This document shows, one piece after another, positions 27,500 to 35,608 of a DNA stretch of 36,068 bases. Source of the DNA: an uncultured Sphingomonas sp. (GTDB lineage: Bacteria; Pseudomonadota; Alphaproteobacteria; Sphingomonadales; Sphingomonadaceae); assembly GCA_964247925.1 (NCBI GenBank), contig CAXTWJ010000001.1:1-36068 (forward strand), read 5' to 3'. The notes beneath the pieces were generated by a model, which worked only from the letters and a program-made list of their open reading frames with translations, was not told where the DNA came from and did no database searches. How positions within the stretch are numbered: the first letter of the stretch is position 1; each line of letters begins with the position of its first letter. Made by a program: the position numbers and the translations under genes.

Positions 27500-28843
27500 T
27501 CACACCGGGACGGCCGGCGACGCCGACAGATGGGCGCGCGCCAGCGCGATCGCCTCGCTGGCGACGGGGATGTACTCGAAGCTGCCCTGACGCCCCACCG
27601 TCTCGATTCCCGCCGCGTTCAACTTGGCCAGCGCCGCAGCCCGGGCCTCCTCCGCCGCGGCGTCGTACACCGGGTAGGCGAAGGGGGTGACCCTGGCGCC
27701 GACCAGCTCCAGCTCGCCCCGGAACAGGCCCAGTCCCTGCACCATATCGCGGAACTCGGCGAACGGCGCCTGTCCATCCTCCGCCCGCTCCCCGATCCCT
27801 TCCCCGGTAAGCGTGACCTCCACGGCCAGATACTCCCAGCCGTCCACGCGCCCGTAGAAATCAGAATGCATCGTGAGGCGCTTCCACGCACCCTCGCGGT
27901 GGAAATTGTAGAGCACCTCCCCGTTGAAGCCACGCTCCCCTTGAAAACGGCAGCACAGCGTCAGCAGCGGATTGGAGCGGGGAAATCCCGTCGCGTCGAT
28001 GCCGGCGAGCGCGGCCGCGACCGCCAGCGGCACTGTGCTGACGACGCGATCGGCCGCGAACCGCCCGGCGCGCGATCGCACCTCGAACCCGTCCTCGCCA
28101 CGCGTCACGGCCGTGACCCCGGCGTCAAAGTGGAACCGCACGTCCTTGGCCCGCAGCCGCTCCACCGCGGGCGCGTACATGGCCGCGAAGCCGGCGCGGG
28201 GGCGCACGAACCAGTCCTTCGCTGTCCAGTCGCTGACCGCGAGCCTCCGCCCGCGTACCTTGCTCCACAGCTTGCGTCCCGCTTGGCCGAGCTGCCGTCG
28301 GATGCTGGCATGGTCAACGATCCAGGCCATGCGGCGTCGGGCGAGGCCGTAGCCCACCTCGTCCGGGGCCATGTTGTAGAAGCGGCGCATGAAATAAAGC
28401 AGGCCGCTGTCCCAGGTCAGCCGCGCGCCGATATAGTAATGAAGGAAGGCGGTGACCGATCGCGGCCGGCGCCGCGTCAGCTTGCCGGTCAAGATTTGGG
28501 TGAAAACCCGCGCCGCATAGGCGGGCGATCGTCCGAACACCTCCTGCTTCAGCGACAGGGGATAGTGACGGACCACGCCCTCGGGCGTGATGCGCTGCAC
28601 CGTGTGCCTGGCGGGAACCAGCGTGTCGATCAGCCCCGGCAGCAGCGCCGTCAGCGTGGTGTGGCGGGGAAAATAGATGGTGCCGATGTCGAAGCTGTAG
28701 GGCCCGATGTCCCAGGACAGATGATTGCCGCCCGCATGGCCGTACGCCTCCAGCACCACGACGTCGTGGCCGCGGTCCGCCAGCCCGTCCGCGATCGTCA
28801 TGCCGGACACGCCGGCTCCCAGCACCACGATCTTCTGCGCCAT
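27500..28843 (-). CDS. FAD-dependent oxidoreductase (HemY/UDP-galactopyranose-mutase-like superfamily)
   Basis: VVLGAGVSG (GxGxxG), LEA...AGG, FDIG, VVSTVPL, AYPVY, VGRQGSFEY. Confidence 0.85.
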   Translation of the reverse strand: MAQKIVVLGAGVSGMTIADGLADRGHDVVVLEAYGHAGGNHLSWDIGPYSFDIGTIYFPRHTTLTALLPGLIDTLVPARHTVQRITPEGVVRHYPLSLKQEVFGRSPAYAARVFTQILTGKLTRRRPRSVTAFLHYYIGARLTWDSGLLYFMRRFYNMAPDEVGYGLARRRMAWIVDHASIRRQLGQAGRKLWSKVRGRRLAVSDWTAKDWFVRPRAGFAAMYAPAVERLRAKDVRFHFDAGVTAVTRGEDGFEVRSRAGRFAADRVVSTVPLAVAAALAGIDATGFPRSNPLLTLCCRFQGERGFNGEVLYNFHREGAWKRLTMHSDFYGRVDGWEYLAVEVTLTGEGIGERAEDGQAPFAEFRDMVQGLGLFRGELELVGARVTPFAYPVYDAAAEEARAAALAKLNAAGIETVGRQGSFEYIPVASEAIALARAHLSASPAVPV

Positions 28844-28939
28844 TGTTTCCTGTCCGGTGGTGTAACGCGTCCGTGCGCGAAGGCGTTTGGTATCCGCGTC
28901 CCGGCCAGAGCGGTCAACGCCGCGCCCTAAGATGCAGGA

Positions 28940-28968
28940 TTGCGCGGTTATTTGATGAAATCTAGTAG
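28940..28968 (+). promoter_or_regulatory. Sigma70-like promoter for the priming GT-galE(-uxs) unit
   Basis: TTGCGC (28940-28945)-17 nt-TAGTAG (28963-28968) in an AT-rich divergent intergenic region. Confidence 0.4.
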
Positions 28969-28992
28969 CCCGGCTCGCGAAGGACGGTAAGA

Positions 28993-30390
28993 GTGACAGC
29001 TATGAACGTCGCGCTTGTGGGTCGGCAAAATACCTCGCCGGGGATCAACCGGCTGATCGGCGGCAAGTGGTCACTGCGGTTCTGCTGCTCGGCGATGCTG
29101 GCGGTCGGGGACCTGCTGATGCTGGCCGCCGCGTTCCTCCTGGCTAATCTGCTCTACTGGCATGACGTGACATTCTCGGCCGGAACCACGGTCCTGTTCA
29201 CCACCGCGCCGCTCTACCTGGGCATCGCGGGCCTACATGGCGTGTTCCACGTCGATTCCGTGGATCATCCCTGGGGCGGGGCTTCGCGCGCCATGCAGGC
29301 ATTCGTGCAGGCTGCGCTGGCCGTGTTCGGCATTGTCTATTTCCTGGGCGTGGGCGAGGGTTTTTCACGCGGCGTGTTCGGCATCGGCATGGCGCTGGTC
29401 CTGCTCGCGCTGCCCTTTGCCCGCCTGACCGTCAAGCTTCTGGCGTCCCGCATCAGCCCGCACGGCCTGTATTCGGTGGTCGTGATCAGGGATGACGTGG
29501 CCTATGACCGCGTTGACCATGAGGTGGTGGTCACCCCGGCCGAGCTCGGCTTCGATCCGCAGACCAGCGATCCTTTCCAGTTCCACGCGCTGGCCGGCGC
29601 CGTGGCGCGGACCGACCGCGTGCTGATCGCCTGCCCGCAGGAGCGTTACCAGCTCTGGTCGGGCATCTTGAAGAGCCTGGCCATCTCCGGGGAGATCCTG
29701 ACGGATGAGCGGGACCATCTGGGCATCATCGGGCTGGGCAGCCAAGGCGGCCGCACCACCATGATCGTCACCGCCTCGCCGCTCGGGATGGGCGATCGGA
29801 TCGTGAAACGCGCCTTTGACCTCGCGGTCGCGGGCGTGGCGTTGCTCGTGCTCTCCCCGCTGCTGGTCCTGACGGCCATCGCCATTCGGCTAGAAAGCCA
29901 GGGCCCGATCCTGTTTCGCCAGAACCGGATCGGGCGCGATAATCGCATCTTCCGCGTCCTGAAGTTCCGCAGCATGTACGCCGAGGATTGCGATCCGCAT
30001 GCCACGCGCCTCACGTCGCGTAAGGACAGCCGCGTCACCCGCGTGGGCGCGCTGATCCGCCGTACCAGCATCGACGAGCTGCCTCAGCTCATTAACGTGC
30101 TGCGGGGCGACATGAGCATCGTCGGCCCCCGACCCCATCCGCTGGGCGCCAGGGCGGCCGACCTGCTCTACTGGGATGTCGATCCCCGCTATCGCCACCG
30201 GCACTCCATCAAGCCCGGCCTGACGGGCCTCGCCCAGATTCGGGGCTTTCGCGGCAACACTGAGCGCGTCGAAGACCTGACCAACCGCGTCCAAGCGGAC
30301 CTGGAATACACGCTGCGCTGGTCGCTGTGGCTTGATCTCCAGATCATCGGCCGCACCGTGCTGGTGCTGGCGCACCCCAATGCGTTCTGA
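28993..30390 (+). CDS. Priming polyprenyl-phosphate sugar phosphotransferase (WcaJ/WbaP family)
   Basis: Four N-terminal TMs; KRAFD, GPILFRQ.RIG, KFRSM, RRTSIDELPQL.NVLRGDMSIVGPRP, KPGLTGLAQ. Confidence 0.93.
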   Translation: MTAMNVALVGRQNTSPGINRLIGGKWSLRFCCSAMLAVGDLLMLAAAFLLANLLYWHDVTFSAGTTVLFTTAPLYLGIAGLHGVFHVDSVDHPWGGASRAMQAFVQAALAVFGIVYFLGVGEGFSRGVFGIGMALVLLALPFARLTVKLLASRISPHGLYSVVVIRDDVAYDRVDHEVVVTPAELGFDPQTSDPFQFHALAGAVARTDRVLIACPQERYQLWSGILKSLAISGEILTDERDHLGIIGLGSQGGRTTMIVTASPLGMGDRIVKRAFDLAVAGVALLVLSPLLVLTAIAIRLESQGPILFRQNRIGRDNRIFRVLKFRSMYAEDCDPHATRLTSRKDSRVTRVGALIRRTSIDELPQLINVLRGDMSIVGPRPHPLGARAADLLYWDVDPRYRHRHSIKPGLTGLAQIRGFRGNTERVEDLTNRVQADLEYTLRWSLWLDLQIIGRTVLVLAHPNAF

Positions 30391-30417
30391 ACAAATCCTT
30401 TTGATAAAGGCTGGTGT

Positions 30418-31389
30418 TTGAAGGTCCTGGTCACCGGTGGCGCCGGTTTCATCGGCAGTCACACCTGCAAGCGGCTCCGGGCGGCCGGACACCTGCCGCT
30501 GGTGTTCGACAATCTTTCCACCGGGCACCGTTCGCTCATCCTCGATCCCGCGCATTTCACGCATGGCGACATCGGCGATCCGGTTGCGCTTGGCCGGTTG
30601 TTCGCCGCCGCGCGGCCCGACGCGGTGATACATTTTGCCGCTTCCGCCTATGTGGGCGTGTCCGTGACCGACCCGCTCGGCTATTACCGCAACAATGTCG
30701 CCGGGACGCTGTGCCTGCTTGAGGCGATGGCCGATGCGGGCGTGCGCCGGCTGGTGTTCTCCAGCTCGTGCGCGACCTATGGCACGCCTTTCTCGCTTCC
30801 CATCCGGGAAGACGCCGCCCAGCGACCGATCAATCCGTACGGGGCGACCAAGCTGACTGGCGAGGACATGATGCGCGCGCAGGCCGCGGCGGGCGGCCTG
30901 TCGGGCATCGCGCTGCGCTATTTCAACGCGGCCGGCGCCGATCCCGATGGAGAGCTGGGCGAAATCCACGATCCCGAAACCCACCTGATCCCACTGACGC
31001 TGGCGGCGGCACGCGATCCGGGACAATCGCTGACGGTGTTCGGCACCGATTATGACACGCCGGACGGGACGTGCGTCCGCGATTACCTGCACGTCATGGA
31101 CCTGGCCGAAGCCCATGTCCTGGCCCTCGACCGGCTGGGCGAGGACGCCGGTTTCCGTGCGTTCAATCTCGGCACCGGAACCGGTCAGTCGGTCCGTCAG
31201 GTCGTCGACACGGTTGAGCAGGTCACCGGCCGGCCCGTGGCGGTCCGAACCGCCGCACGACGTCCCGGCGACCCGGCGGCCCTGGTCGCGGACCCCGCCT
31301 CGGCACGCTGCGAGCTGGGCTGGACCGCACGCCATTCCGACATGGCGAACATTGTTGATACTGCCTGGCGCTGGATGAGCGCTCGATAG
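30418..31389 (+). CDS. galE: UDP-glucose 4-epimerase
   Basis: [17 protein letters not shown]...VG.SV..P..YY.NN, FSSSCATYG, YGATK, LRYFNAAGA, ETHLIP, DGTCVRDY; TTG start. Confidence 0.93.
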   Translation: MKVLVTGGAGFIGSHTCKRLRAAGHLPLVFDNLSTGHRSLILDPAHFTHGDIGDPVALGRLFAAARPDAVIHFAASAYVGVSVTDPLGYYRNNVAGTLCLLEAMADAGVRRLVFSSSCATYGTPFSLPIREDAAQRPINPYGATKLTGEDMMRAQAAAGGLSGIALRYFNAAGADPDGELGEIHDPETHLIPLTLAAARDPGQSLTVFGTDYDTPDGTCVRDYLHVMDLAEAHVLALDRLGEDAGFRAFNLGTGTGQSVRQVVDTVEQVTGRPVAVRTAARRPGDPAALVADPASARCELGWTARHSDMANIVDTAWRWMSAR

Positions 31390-31504
31390 CGCCGACACTG
31401 TTTCGCCTGCTGCTGCGGGAAGACTGCGTGGGTAAAGATGGTTTTGCCACCATCTGCCCGCTCGGCTAGGTGAGCCGCCTTGATGGTGGAGGCGTGAATA
31501 CCCG

Positions 31505-32482
31505 ATGGCGCGTGAAGTATATGGCCGCCGGCGTGTGCTGGTCACGGGTGGGGCGGGCTTCCTGGGCTCTCACCTGATCGATCGGTTGCTGGCGCGCGGC
31601 GACGAAGTGCTGTGCGCGGACAATCTGTTCACCGGCGACAAGCGCAACCTGGACCATCTTCACGGCCAGCCGCGTTTCGAGTTCATCCGTCACGACGTCA
31701 GCTTTCCGCTCTACGTGGAGGTGGACGAAATCTATAACCTCGCCTGTCCGGCATCGCCCGTCCACTACCAGCACGACCCCGTCCAGACCACCAAGACGAG
31801 CGTGCTGGGGGCGATCAACATGCTCGGCCTCGCCAAGCGGCTCAGGTGCCGCATCTTCCAGGCTTCAACTAGCGAGGTGTATGGCGATCCTGCCGTGCAT
31901 CCGCAGCGCGAGAATTATTGGGGCAACGTCAATCCGATCGGCTTTCGTTCCTGTTATGACGAGGGCAAGCGTTGCGCGGAGACCCTGTTTTTCGACTATC
32001 GCCGCCAGCACCGGCTGCAGATCAAGGTCGCGCGCATCTTCAATACCTACGGCCCGCGCATGCACCCGGCCGACGGCCGGGTAGTGTCGAACTTCATCAT
32101 CCAGGCGCTGCGCGGTGAGCCGATCACCCTTTACGGCGACGGCGGACAGACCCGATCCTTCTGTTACGTGGATGACTTGGTGGAGGGCTTCTTGAGGCTG
32201 ATGGACACGTCCGACGAGGTGACGGGACCGGTTAACATCGGCAATCCCCATGAGTTCACCATCCGCGAGCTGGCCGAACTGGTGATGGAGCTGACCGGTT
32301 CGGCCTCGCCGATCGTGCTCCGACCGCTGCCCCAGGATGATCCCATGCAGCGCCAGCCCAACATCGATCTCGCCCGCGCCACGCTGAACTGGGAACCGGC
32401 CGTGCAACTGCGCGAAGGGCTGACCCGGACGATCGGCTATTTCGACGAGCTGTTGAGCCGGGATAGCTTGCCCGCGCACTAA
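31505..32482 (+). CDS. uxs: UDP-glucuronate decarboxylase (UDP-xylose synthase)
   Basis: [70 protein letters not shown]. Confidence 0.92.
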   Translation: MAREVYGRRRVLVTGGAGFLGSHLIDRLLARGDEVLCADNLFTGDKRNLDHLHGQPRFEFIRHDVSFPLYVEVDEIYNLACPASPVHYQHDPVQTTKTSVLGAINMLGLAKRLRCRIFQASTSEVYGDPAVHPQRENYWGNVNPIGFRSCYDEGKRCAETLFFDYRRQHRLQIKVARIFNTYGPRMHPADGRVVSNFIIQALRGEPITLYGDGGQTRSFCYVDDLVEGFLRLMDTSDEVTGPVNIGNPHEFTIRELAELVMELTGSASPIVLRPLPQDDPMQRQPNIDLARATLNWEPAVQLREGLTRTIGYFDELLSRDSLPAH

Positions 32483-32490
32483 GCACCTGG

Positions 32491-32742
32491 CTACTCCCCG
32501 ATCGGGCTTTCGCCATGCTTGCGCAGCACGTCGTTGAATGCTTCCGCCATCAGCGCCTGAAGATTCCTGCCCTGCCGTCGCGCCAAGGTGTGCATCGCGA
32601 ACGACATGCCGGGGCTGAAGAAGCCGGCGATCTGCTTGCGGCCCTGGCGGCTGGCGGGACCCTTGGGCACTTCCTCGACCAGTGGACGTGTCGCGACCGG
32701 GGTGGCGCCGCGCAGGTTGGAAAAGCTCGGCTTACGGCTCAT
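32491..32742 (-). CDS. Ribbon-helix-helix partition adaptor (ParG-like, type Ib)
   Basis: MSRKPSF... 83 aa; flexible N-terminus then SRQGRKQIAGFFSP...LA...NLQALMAEAFNDVLRKHG; ATGA overlap with parA. Confidence 0.8.
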   Translation of the reverse strand: MSRKPSFSNLRGATPVATRPLVEEVPKGPASRQGRKQIAGFFSPGMSFAMHTLARRQGRNLQALMAEAFNDVLRKHGESPIGE

Positions 32743-33389
32743 GCGGTTTTCCTTTTTCTCGCGGGCGCAATGTCGAGTTGTCGACATGTCCACGCGTAAA
32801 GCTGGCGGATATCCTCGGCCGCGCGGCCTTCGGGCTCGGTTTCGATGACGGTGCGCCCTTCGGCGCTGGCGTGGCGAAAAGCGGCGCGGTCGGGGATCGG
32901 TACCGGGCAGGCGGGAGTGCCGTAGCCTTCCACCAGTTCGCTCGCCTCGCCGTATACGCGCGCTGCGTTCGGGGCGCCGGCGGTGAACACGACAAAGGCA
33001 GACTTGCGCAGAAGCTGAACGAGCTTGGCCGTGGTCTGGATGGCCGACAGATCGAACGCGCTCGGGCGGCACGGGATGAGAACCAGGTCGGCTGCTTCCA
33101 CCGCTGCGCGCGCGGCGCTGTCGGCGTGGGGCGGCGTGTCGATCACGATCCACTGAGCCCCTTGTGCCCGTGCCGCCGCTACTTTGGCGGCGAGGCGTGG
33201 CGGTGGGCTGTCGATCACCTCGGGCGGTGCATCGCCGCGCCATGCGGCCCACTGACTCGCGGTTGCCTGCGGATCGGTGTCGATGATCAGCGCGACGTGC
33301 CCAGCTTCCTGCGCGACCGCGGCGAGGTGGATGGCTAGCGTCGTCTTGCCCGCTCCGCCCTTCTGGCTGATGATCGCGACCGTCGGCAC
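32739..33389 (-). CDS. parA: ParA family partition ATPase (short, type Ib / ParF-like)
   Basis: GTG start; SQKGGAGKTT deviant Walker A, IDTDPQ, IVIDTPP, ADLVLIPCRPS..D; no N-terminal HTH. Confidence 0.93.
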   Translation of the reverse strand: MPTVAIISQKGGAGKTTLAIHLAAVAQEAGHVALIIDTDPQATASQWAAWRGDAPPEVIDSPPPRLAAKVAAARAQGAQWIVIDTPPHADSAARAAVEAADLVLIPCRPSAFDLSAIQTTAKLVQLLRKSAFVVFTAGAPNAARVYGEASELVEGYGTPACPVPIPDRAAFRHASAEGRTVIETEPEGRAAEDIRQLYAWTCRQLDIAPARKRKTA

Positions 33390-33396
33390 GTTTGAC

Positions 33397-33458
33397 GTCC
33401 TACATGTCGACGTGGCGACGAGTCCAGCGCCTAGCCAGCCGTCTCCGTCGTGTCGACA
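33397..33458. repeat. 8-bp TGTCGAC(A/G)-like repeats, candidate centromere/operator
   Basis: TGTCGACG, TGGCGACG, AGTCCAGC in tandem (33405-33428) and TGTCGACA (33451-33458) upstream of parA. A second array, TGTCGAGT TGTCGACA TGTCCACG, lies at 32771-32794. Confidence 0.55.
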
Positions 33459-33759
33459 TCGGTGGAGCCTAACCGGTAGCGAAGCGTCGAGTTCGATGTC
33501 GGCGAGCTGGGGCGCGCCGGTTCTGTCTAGGAACTTTTGAGCGTCTGATCCTGCCTTTTGCCCTGGTCGGAAGCTGCCATGGGCTCTGCGCAAAGTTCGG
33601 GTGCCTAGGCACTCGCACCATCACGATTGAGCACTGGGAGCAGGCATGGTGGCCCCGTGGCAGCGCAGCGTTCGCGTAGCACATCTCAAGGTAGCTTTGG
33701 TCACCGGCGTAGCATTGCCGCTACGCTGCTACACCATCGATTGGTTGTAGGTTTACGCC

Positions 33760-33794
33760 TTGGACACGATTACTATTCATAGTGTCGTGTGTAA
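33760..33794. other. AT-rich imperfect palindrome, candidate site-specific recombination site
   Basis: TTGGACACGATTACTATTCATAGTGTCGTGTGTAA: ACACGA/TCGTGT and ACTAT/ATAGT arms. Confidence 0.4.
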
Positions 33795-34379
33795 TTCTTG
33801 CTGGCACGATCCTGACCTCCCCATTCTAATGTTGTGAGACCTCAAGCGTCCGTTCTGGTTTCCCGGCGGGGTGCAAAGGCCGGCGTGTCAGCCGGCCAGT
33901 CAGGTTTGTTGGTCTGCCTATTCGTTGCCGCCAGCTCGGTCTTACCAGCGCCGCTCGAACGGCGTCCAGCTACGATCGTTCAGGGTTTCGGGTGCCAGCA
34001 CTAGGCGGTCGCGCATGGCCCGGCGTGTCAGGCGGATGAGCATGGTAAGCTCGGGCTTCAGCCGCTGCGTCGGGGCGTGAAAAGTCGATGTTATCGATGT
34101 GGCCAAGGAGCATCGCCCAGCCTCCGAAGGCGGTCATCATGTCCGTGCGCTTCATGTCATTCTCGGTCATATCGAGACCGGCCACCATGCGCCAGCACGC
34201 CACCACGATTAGGATTGGGATCGTCGACCGCATGCCGCTCAGCGCCTAGAAGCCGCATACCACCAGAAACAGGGATTAGATGGACGGGATGGAGGAGCCG
34301 AACGGTACTGTCGCCAGCTGGCTCACTTTCCACCTTCCTCGCCGCTGCCTCCTGTGGCTTAGGTAAGTGTTCACGTCTT

Positions 34380-35183
34380 CTAGGCGCAGGCTGCTCGCGG
34401 ATTATAATCATGTCGTAGCGTTTGCGGACCGTCGTGAGACTCACGCCCGGCCACTTCGGGCACGCGGTCGATCGCCGCTCCCAGCCGCGCCAGCATCTGA
34501 CCGAGTGCGCCGCCCACCGTCACCTCCGCGAGTTCCCGGCACGACAGGCCCGCCAGCATCGCCGCCGCCTCGCCGGCGCGATCCGCCTCGCGCTGCGCGT
34601 GGTCGTCGGGGACGGGCGCGGGGCGCAGGCTGCGCGGCAGCAGGTCGAGGAGGCGGCGCGGCAGGGTCGCGCGATAAGCATTGGAGGTCTGGGCGTAGCG
34701 CGGCCCCGCCCCCTCCTCCACCACTCGGGTGAAGCGGCGCCGGCGCACCAGGAAGCCGACGCGCTCCAGGATCGCGAGCGCGCGCGCGACGGTGGCGCGG
34801 CCCAGCCCGGTGACGGTGGCGAGCCGGTCGTAGCTCGGATAGACGCGCCCCCGGTTGAGCCGGGCGAGCGTCAGCAGCTCCTCCAGCACGCGCACCGCGC
34901 TCGCGGTGAGCGAAGCGGCGAGCGCCTCCGCCGCCGTCAGCGCCCGTCCCGTCGCCCGCGCCGCGCGCCTGGCCTTCTTCCCCGCGTCGAGCGCGGTGCG
35001 GGCGGTGCGCAGCAGCCGGTCGGTCTCGCCCTTGGCGGGCGCGACGAAGAACGCCGCCTCGAACGTCCCCGCCTCCGTCGAGCCGGGCCGTACGGGCGTA
35101 GCACCTGTTCGTCCGCCCGGCTTAGGCGGCGCGAGCCGCGTCAGCACCCGCCCGGCCGCTGCTCCGAAAGTAAACGCCGTCAT
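34380..35183 (-). CDS. Helix-turn-helix domain plasmid replication-type protein
   Basis: AVRVLEELL...GRVYPSYDRLATVTGLGRATVARALAILERVGFLVRRRRF...YAQTSNAY is a winged-HTH Rep-like signature. Confidence 0.75.
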   Translation of the reverse strand: MTAFTFGAAAGRVLTRLAPPKPGGRTGATPVRPGSTEAGTFEAAFFVAPAKGETDRLLRTARTALDAGKKARRAARATGRALTAAEALAASLTASAVRVLEELLTLARLNRGRVYPSYDRLATVTGLGRATVARALAILERVGFLVRRRRFTRVVEEGAGPRYAQTSNAYRATLPRRLLDLLPRSLRPAPVPDDHAQREADRAGEAAAMLAGLSCRELAEVTVGGALGQMLARLGAAIDRVPEVAGRESHDGPQTLRHDYNPRAACA

Positions 35184-35246
35184 CTTCCATCCCCTGCACG
35201 GGGCCGGGACCGGGCAAAAAGATAGCGTGGCGCGAAGCGCGCATCC

Positions 35247-35275
35247 TTGAACCGATGGTCGTTCAGGGCTATCAG
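35247..35275 (+). promoter_or_regulatory. Sigma70-like promoter of the candidate small RNA
   Basis: TTGAAC (35247-35252)-17 nt-TATCAG (35270-35275). Confidence 0.55.
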
Positions 35276-35279
35276 GAGG

Positions 35280-35370
35280 GTGGCTGTTGCATGGCCACCT
35301 GGGATCGACGTTTGGCGACGTCGCTCCACCAAGTCCTGGGATGCCCGGCTTCGTGCCGGGCTTTCCTTTA
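35280..35370 (+). ncRNA. Candidate ~90-nt counter-transcribed (antisense) RNA
   Basis: Promoter, hairpin GTGGCTGT/ATGGCCAC, hairpin CGACGT-TTGGCG-ACGTCG (35306-35323), then a terminator; lies opposite the presumed leader of the HTH rep-like gene. Confidence 0.5.
35343..35370 (+). terminator. Intrinsic terminator
   Basis: GCCCGGC-TTCGT-GCCGGGC followed by TTTCCTTTA. Confidence 0.7.
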
Positions 35371-35493
35371 TGTGGTCACAGCCGCTCCATCCCTACCCAT
35401 CCGGCTTACTCGCCGGCACGCTCTCGGGCGCCGGCCCGGCGCCGGCGCGGGTATGTTTTCGCAGTTAACGCCCAACAAGAGAAGCGTTCCCGG

Positions 35494-35608
35494 TTCGTGC
35501 TTTCGAGTATGAAATGACGATTTCTCGTCCAAATTGGCGCAGACGGGGCCGCTCGATTCGTGCTTTCGAGTAGGAATTGCGCGGAAAGTTCGTGCTTTCG
35601 AGTATGAA
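35494..35608 (+). repeat. Three 20-bp iterons
   Basis: TTCGTGCTTTCGAGTA(T/G)GAA at 35494, 35557 and 35589 (spacings 63 and 32 bp), immediately after the repA stop. Confidence 0.85.

Noticed and set aside
7877-31545. Many long antisense or alternate-frame ORFs (e.g. 7877-9382, 16241-17674, 27530-28930, 29890-31545)
   Set aside because: Shadow ORFs typical of high-GC DNA, overlapping motif-supported genes, with low-complexity Arg/Ala/Pro-rich translations.
7241-32482. Sphingan (gellan/diutan) or holdfast cluster identity
   Set aside because: No rmlABCD genes, no recognisable GT2 or WecB/TagA-type transferases and no polysaccharide deacetylase; the precursor genes point to GDP-D-rhamnose and UDP-xylose.
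33871-34444. Short ORFs 33970-34233 and 34157-34444
   Set aside because: No recognisable motifs and mutually overlapping frames; may be a decayed gene but cannot be supported.
35280-35345. tRNA or tRNA-fragment attachment site (CTCCACCA)
   Set aside because: No GTTCRA T-loop or cloverleaf; the hairpin plus terminator layout fits a small antisense RNA.
35494-35608. Three 20-bp repeats as a mini-CRISPR array
   Set aside because: Repeats too short, gaps unequal (43 and 12 bp), no cas genes, and adjacent to repA: iterons fit better.
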